From: Candidatus Latescibacterota bacterium
Lineage (GTDB): Bacteria > Latescibacterota > UBA2968
Assembly: GCA_038279365.1 (NCBI GenBank)
Contig: JAYODI010000060.1
Span: 1 to 37,331, forward strand
Direction of reading: 5' to 3'
Length of the DNA: 37,331 bases
The translations under genes were made by a program, and so were the position numbers. Below the pieces are notes generated by a model. It saw nothing but the letters and a program-made list of their open reading frames with translations, searched no databases and was not told the origin of the DNA. Positions 33,543 through 37,331 of the stretch are shown here, piece after piece; position 1 is the stretch's first letter, and every line of letters begins with the position of its first letter.

Positions 33543-34355
33543 TTACCAATATTGTTCAACATGAATTTGTCCGGGAGACTTTCGCGAATGTTCCACAAAC
33601 CCTTCTTCTTCTAACAATGCTTTCATATCCTTACACATAGCAGGATTTCCACATAAAAACACGTGTGTGTTTTCTGGAGAAGGGTGCCCACCCCAAGCTT
33701 GATCAAGAGCCCCATCGGTCCATAATTTCTGAACATGCCCAGTCAAACCGGGCCAAGGCACAGGCTCATTTTGTGGCCTACTGATCTGAGGCAGATAAAT
33801 CAAATCCTTATATACCCGCTGCATAGATGTCAGCTCTTCCAGATAAGCCAAGTCCCAAGATTGACGTGCCCCTTGTAAAATAGCCAGCTTTTTTCCATTT
33901 GCCCAAGGCAAATGCGTACGCACCATACTGATATAAGGCGCAAGCCCCGTTCCCGTGCCCACCAAAACCACATGTGCGTCATCTGGCACACTTTCAAGCG
34001 TAAAGTGGCCCGTAATTTTGGGCCCCAACCACAAAAAATCACCAATATCTAAGGCAAACAAACGTGGGGTGAGTACGCCTTCGGCCACCATTGAAACATA
34101 AAATTCCAAATGGTCACGCACCAATGGCGATGACGCAATGGAATAAGCTCGACGAATCATCTTACCACTGGGGCTTGCTGACTCTAAACCACTTTCAGCC
34201 ACACGTGGTGCAGTATCTGGCAACCCCAATACTGCAAACTGCCCCGGCACAAAATCTGGCAACTCCCATCCCAAAGGTGCAACACGAATGACAAACAATT
34301 CTTTACTCAATACCAATTTTCGTGTAACAACCGCGTTCAATTCCATATCTGCCAA
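33543..34355 (-). CDS. fpr: Ferredoxin(flavodoxin)--NADP+ reductase, bacterial type
   Basis: FVPGQFAVLG, RRAYSIAS, GVLTPRL, GTGTGLAPY, LCGNPAM, C-terminal EQYW. Confidence 0.88.
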   Translation of the reverse strand: MADMELNAVVTRKLVLSKELFVIRVAPLGWELPDFVPGQFAVLGLPDTAPRVAESGLESASPSGKMIRRAYSIASSPLVRDHLEFYVSMVAEGVLTPRLFALDIGDFLWLGPKITGHFTLESVPDDAHVVLVGTGTGLAPYISMVRTHLPWANGKKLAILQGARQSWDLAYLEELTSMQRVYKDLIYLPQISRPQNEPVPWPGLTGHVQKLWTDGALDQAWGGHPSPENTHVFLCGNPAMCKDMKALLEEEGFVEHSRKSPGQIHVEQYW

Positions 34356-34364
34356 ACGAGACTC

Positions 34365-35414
34365 CTATATATCTATCGTTACACCCACAGAATGACCTGT
34401 CTCACATATTTGTCGCCACGTTTCATCATCCACAAAAACACCTTCATTATTTTTTTGTGCACGCATACGCGCTTCCATTTCACCTGGCATCAATATCTCT
34501 TCAAAACCTGGCATCAATGGGGAGCTTTTCAAAAAATTTACAAACGTATCCATTTCTTCACAAAATGCATCACGCCCCGTAAATGCACCAATGTCAAGCA
34601 CCATCACAAACACACCATTCCCACCCGAGGCCCCACCTTCACGGCTACATCCCGCACCACCTAATGCGCCTGACAACACATCCACTACAATAGACAATGC
34701 ATATCCCTTATGTGCTGAAATGCCTCCAAAAGGCAAAATGGCCCCCCGTGGCGGACCATAAAACTTGGCAGGATCTGTTGTAGGGTTTCCTTCCGCATCA
34801 ATCACCCAACCTTCTGGTAATTTTTCTCCCCTGTTGCGTTTTACCCTAATTTTTCCTTCGGCCACGACACTGGTTGTTAAATCCACCACAATTGGAAAAT
34901 CCTTTCCAGTGGGAATGCCTACAGCAATAGGATTGGGTGACATACGCGCACCAATTCCACCAAATGGTGGCTGCAACAACCCGCCCCCATGATTGTTACA
35001 CATCACAATACCTATCATCTCTTGTTCGGCTGTTTTTTCAACATATTCGCCCAACCGACCAATGTGACTACAATTAAACACTTCCACAACAGCCACCGAT
35101 CTGGCACGCGCTTTTTCTATGGCCAAATCTATGGCCTGATGGCATATGGTTTGTCCAAACCCCCAGCCACCATCTACAACAGCAGATGCATCGGCTTCTT
35201 TGGTGATTCGAATCTTTTGCCCCGCTTTAACCTGCCCATTTCCCAGTGCTTTGATATACTGTACAACCCGAATAACGCCATGCGAATCATGCCCCATCAA
35301 GTTGGCCAAAACCAGCGAATGGGCAATTTGTTTTGCTTCTACCGCATCCAACTTTGCACCTTCAAACACCGATGCACAAGCATTTGTTAGTTTTTCCACA
35401 TTAAAAACTGGCAT
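34365..35414 (-). CDS. Ldh_2 family (malate/L-lactate/ureidoglycolate/sulfolactate dehydrogenase-like, HcxB/YbiC type) oxidoreductase
   Basis: GHDSHGV, DGGWGFGQ, HIGRLG, NPIAVG, AEGKIRV, HKGYAL, PGE motifs. Confidence 0.92.
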   Translation of the reverse strand: MPVFNVEKLTNACASVFEGAKLDAVEAKQIAHSLVLANLMGHDSHGVIRVVQYIKALGNGQVKAGQKIRITKEADASAVVDGGWGFGQTICHQAIDLAIEKARARSVAVVEVFNCSHIGRLGEYVEKTAEQEMIGIVMCNNHGGGLLQPPFGGIGARMSPNPIAVGIPTGKDFPIVVDLTTSVVAEGKIRVKRNRGEKLPEGWVIDAEGNPTTDPAKFYGPPRGAILPFGGISAHKGYALSIVVDVLSGALGGAGCSREGGASGGNGVFVMVLDIGAFTGRDAFCEEMDTFVNFLKSSPLMPGFEEILMPGEMEARMRAQKNNEGVFVDDETWRQICETGHSVGVTIDI

Positions 35415-35458
35415 GCGCTTCTCCCTTGCACTCTTTTACAAGTTAAACAATCGGGCGT

Positions 35459-35490
35459 AATCTAGGCTTGAATGGGCATATGGTCAAGCC
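35459..35490 (-). promoter_or_regulatory. Putative sigma70 promoter of the ldh2-fpr operon, overlapped by an inverted repeat
   Basis: Minus strand TTGACC (35487-35482)-17 bp-TAGATT (35464-35459); GGCTTGA (35465-35471) / TCAAGCC (35484-35490). Confidence 0.5.
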
Positions 35491-35539
35491 TTCTCTCCTT
35501 CCAAACTCGCCACCCCAACACCCCCAACAACTTTAAGAC

Positions 35540-35568
35540 TTGACGTTTTTTCGGCCAAACAACATACT
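35540..35568 (+). promoter_or_regulatory. Putative sigma70 promoter of the GAF sensor gene
   Basis: TTGACG (35540-35545)-17 bp-CATACT (35563-35568). Confidence 0.55.
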
Positions 35569-35619
35569 CCGTATAACTCAATTACCCTGCATAGCCCAGT
35601 AAAATGGACACGCCTTGCC

Positions 35620-37331
35620 ATGCAAACCAAACTCAACAAAACAATTGCCAACATCTTAGAGATACTCAACAAAGATTTATCTCCAGAAGAATTGTTACAA
35701 CAAGTGGGAACCCATCTTCACCAATTTATACCTTTTGACCGTTTTAGCCTCAGTGTTGCCCAATTGAGATATTGGTTTTTTCTTCAAAACCAAGAAGTCA
35801 CGACAAAAAGCGATTTTTCTCCCTACAATGCAACATCATCTGCCAGCACACATGCCTTTATCTATCAAGAACCCACTTTAAGACACAATATTTCCAATGA
35901 AATACAATTTCAATATGACCAAGATCTTCAACAAGAACAGATGTATTCCGATATCATCATTCCTTTCACCGTGGATGATATACCTATTGGCACCTTTAAT
36001 TTTTCCAAAAAAGAATCAGGGTTTTATTCTCAAGAATACTTTCATGTTGCCCAAAGTCTAACACATATTATCGCCTTAGTAGCCAAAAAATTTTGGCCAA
36101 GCAAGAGAATCAAGCCATAGGTAGAATCACCCAAGAACTTCAACAAGCCAATCACATTGACGATATCTTAAAACATATACTTGAACACCTTCACTTCCAC
36201 TATGACCGGGTTCGCGTATATCTATATGATGAAACCACCGACAGTCTCATAGGTCGTCTTCAAATTACTGCCAATGGACAATTGATCCCCCTAACAAGCA
36301 CCTATCCATTTCGCACAGATCCCTACACGCAGCAAACCATTCTCCAAAATCTACCTCAAATTTTTACGACCAACACACAAGAACACAAAAACTGGCTTAA
36401 CCATATTCAAGAAGAGAGCATTTTAAATCCTTTAGGTAATCAGGAATGGGCAGAAATTGCACTTAAAGTGCATCAACATGGACAAGAAATCATTGTTGGA
36501 AAAATCTCCCTCGACAATAACTACACCCAAATCCCCCTTATACAAAAACACCTCAACCAACAAATGACCTTCATCAGGCAAGCTGCCATAGCAATTTCTC
36601 AAGCAAAACTACTCGAAAATATGGCAGAGCAAGTGCGCCAGCGAACCCAAAAACTTCTGGAAACCAACAATTTACTTAATGAAAAGGACAAATTACTTTC
36701 TGCTCTCCAAGAAGTAAGTCATCGTTCTTTATCGTATCTTAATCAAGATGAAATAATCGATAATTTTGCAAAGCAAATTATACAATCGGGAATTTTAAGA
36801 AGCCTCATGATTGCCTTGGTAGATCACGAAACCGAAACCGTTGAAATTGTGAGAGCATTTCAGAGAAACTTGCCAGAAGGACCAGATGGCCCCGTACATA
36901 TTTTAAATCATCCCAAAACCTGTGGCACACGTTATCATTTGAGCGAAAACAACATTACGCCACTTACTGCCCGAACCGGAGAAATGCAAATTGCAGATTC
37001 CATTTCGGATCAACGTCTTGATACAAAGTTTGAAGATGACCAAGACTGGGATGACAAAATAGCATATTTTATTCCAGTTAAACGCGAAGACAAAGTGGTT
37101 GCTGTTTTGGCAACGGGTACCAGACACAAAGATAAAAATCTCTTTTTGCAACATCTTCAGTTCATGGATCCTGTGTTTAATCAATTGGGAATTGCATTAG
37201 AGCATGCTTCACTCTATCAAAAAGTTAAAAAAAATGAGATTCATTACCGTTCGTTATTCGAGAATATGCAAAGTGCATATATTGCCCCCCAAAACGAATG
37301 GACAAAATTTCAAGGGAGAGTTAAAGTATGA
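35620..37331 (+). pseudogene. Multi-GAF (3 GAF + start of PAS) sensor protein, split by a -1 frameshift near 36085-36093 and truncated near 37277
   Basis: ORF 35620-36120 is one GAF (SDIIIPF...IGTFNF). ORF 36093-37331 has two GAFs, a coiled coil (EQVRQRTQKL) and a PAS start (YRSLFENMQSA), then ends abruptly. Adding one A to the A6 run fuses the two ORFs (AKKILAKQENQ). Confidence 0.65.
37278..37331 (+). mobile_element. Possible left end of an IS3/IS150-family insertion sequence
   Basis: TATATTGCCCCCCAAAACGAATGGACAAAA resembles IS3/IS150-type terminal repeats (TG.A.TGC.CCC....TGGAC). It is followed by a GGGAGAG RBS and an ATG at 37328, and coincides with the PAS truncation. Only 54 bp are visible. 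Confidence 0.45.

Noticed and set aside
1-37331. CRISPR array, prophage or recognisable anti-phage defence genes
   Set aside because: No regularly spaced direct repeats and no cas, phage structural or known defence domains recognised.

Overview
Gene-dense bacterial chromosomal segment, mostly on the minus strand. The DFxGDGxVxFxDFxxFA dockerin-like EF-hand modules and the expanded Gfo/Idh/MocA, xanthine dehydrogenase and hydantoinase content suggest an FCB-group organism such as Latescibacterota (inference only). From left to right it holds: a GGT-family Ntn hydrolase running off the left edge (missed by the ORF track); a cNMP-binding protein; an M20/ArgE peptidase; a lone xanthine-dehydrogenase-family Mo subunit with a MoaD-like protein; a tandem-PilZ protein; a beta-hydroxyacid dehydrogenase; four Gfo/Idh/MocA oxidoreductases (one LigC-like); a TIM-barrel isomerase; a secreted dockerin-bearing PL6 lyase; an MsbA-like ABC exporter; a hydantoinase/oxoprolinase A+B pair; a 2132-aa secreted protein; tRNA-Gly(GCC); a class V aminotransferase; a Zn-ribbon rhomboid; a BNR/sialidase-like protein; RlmI; a COG1233 FAD oxidoreductase; Fpr; an Ldh_2 dehydrogenase; and a multi-GAF sensor that is frameshifted and apparently cut by an IS3-like end at the right edge. 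The best candidate for a new system is a cellulosome-like surface complex. The giant protein has 3 dockerin-like, 3 cohesin-like and 14 ASH/choice-of-anchor-D Ig-like domains, about 50 D-S/T-x glycosylation-type sequons and a perfect TTGACA-17-TATAAT promoter, and the nearby PL6 lyase carries a closely similar dockerin-like module. All family calls come from motif recognition by eye; no database search was run.
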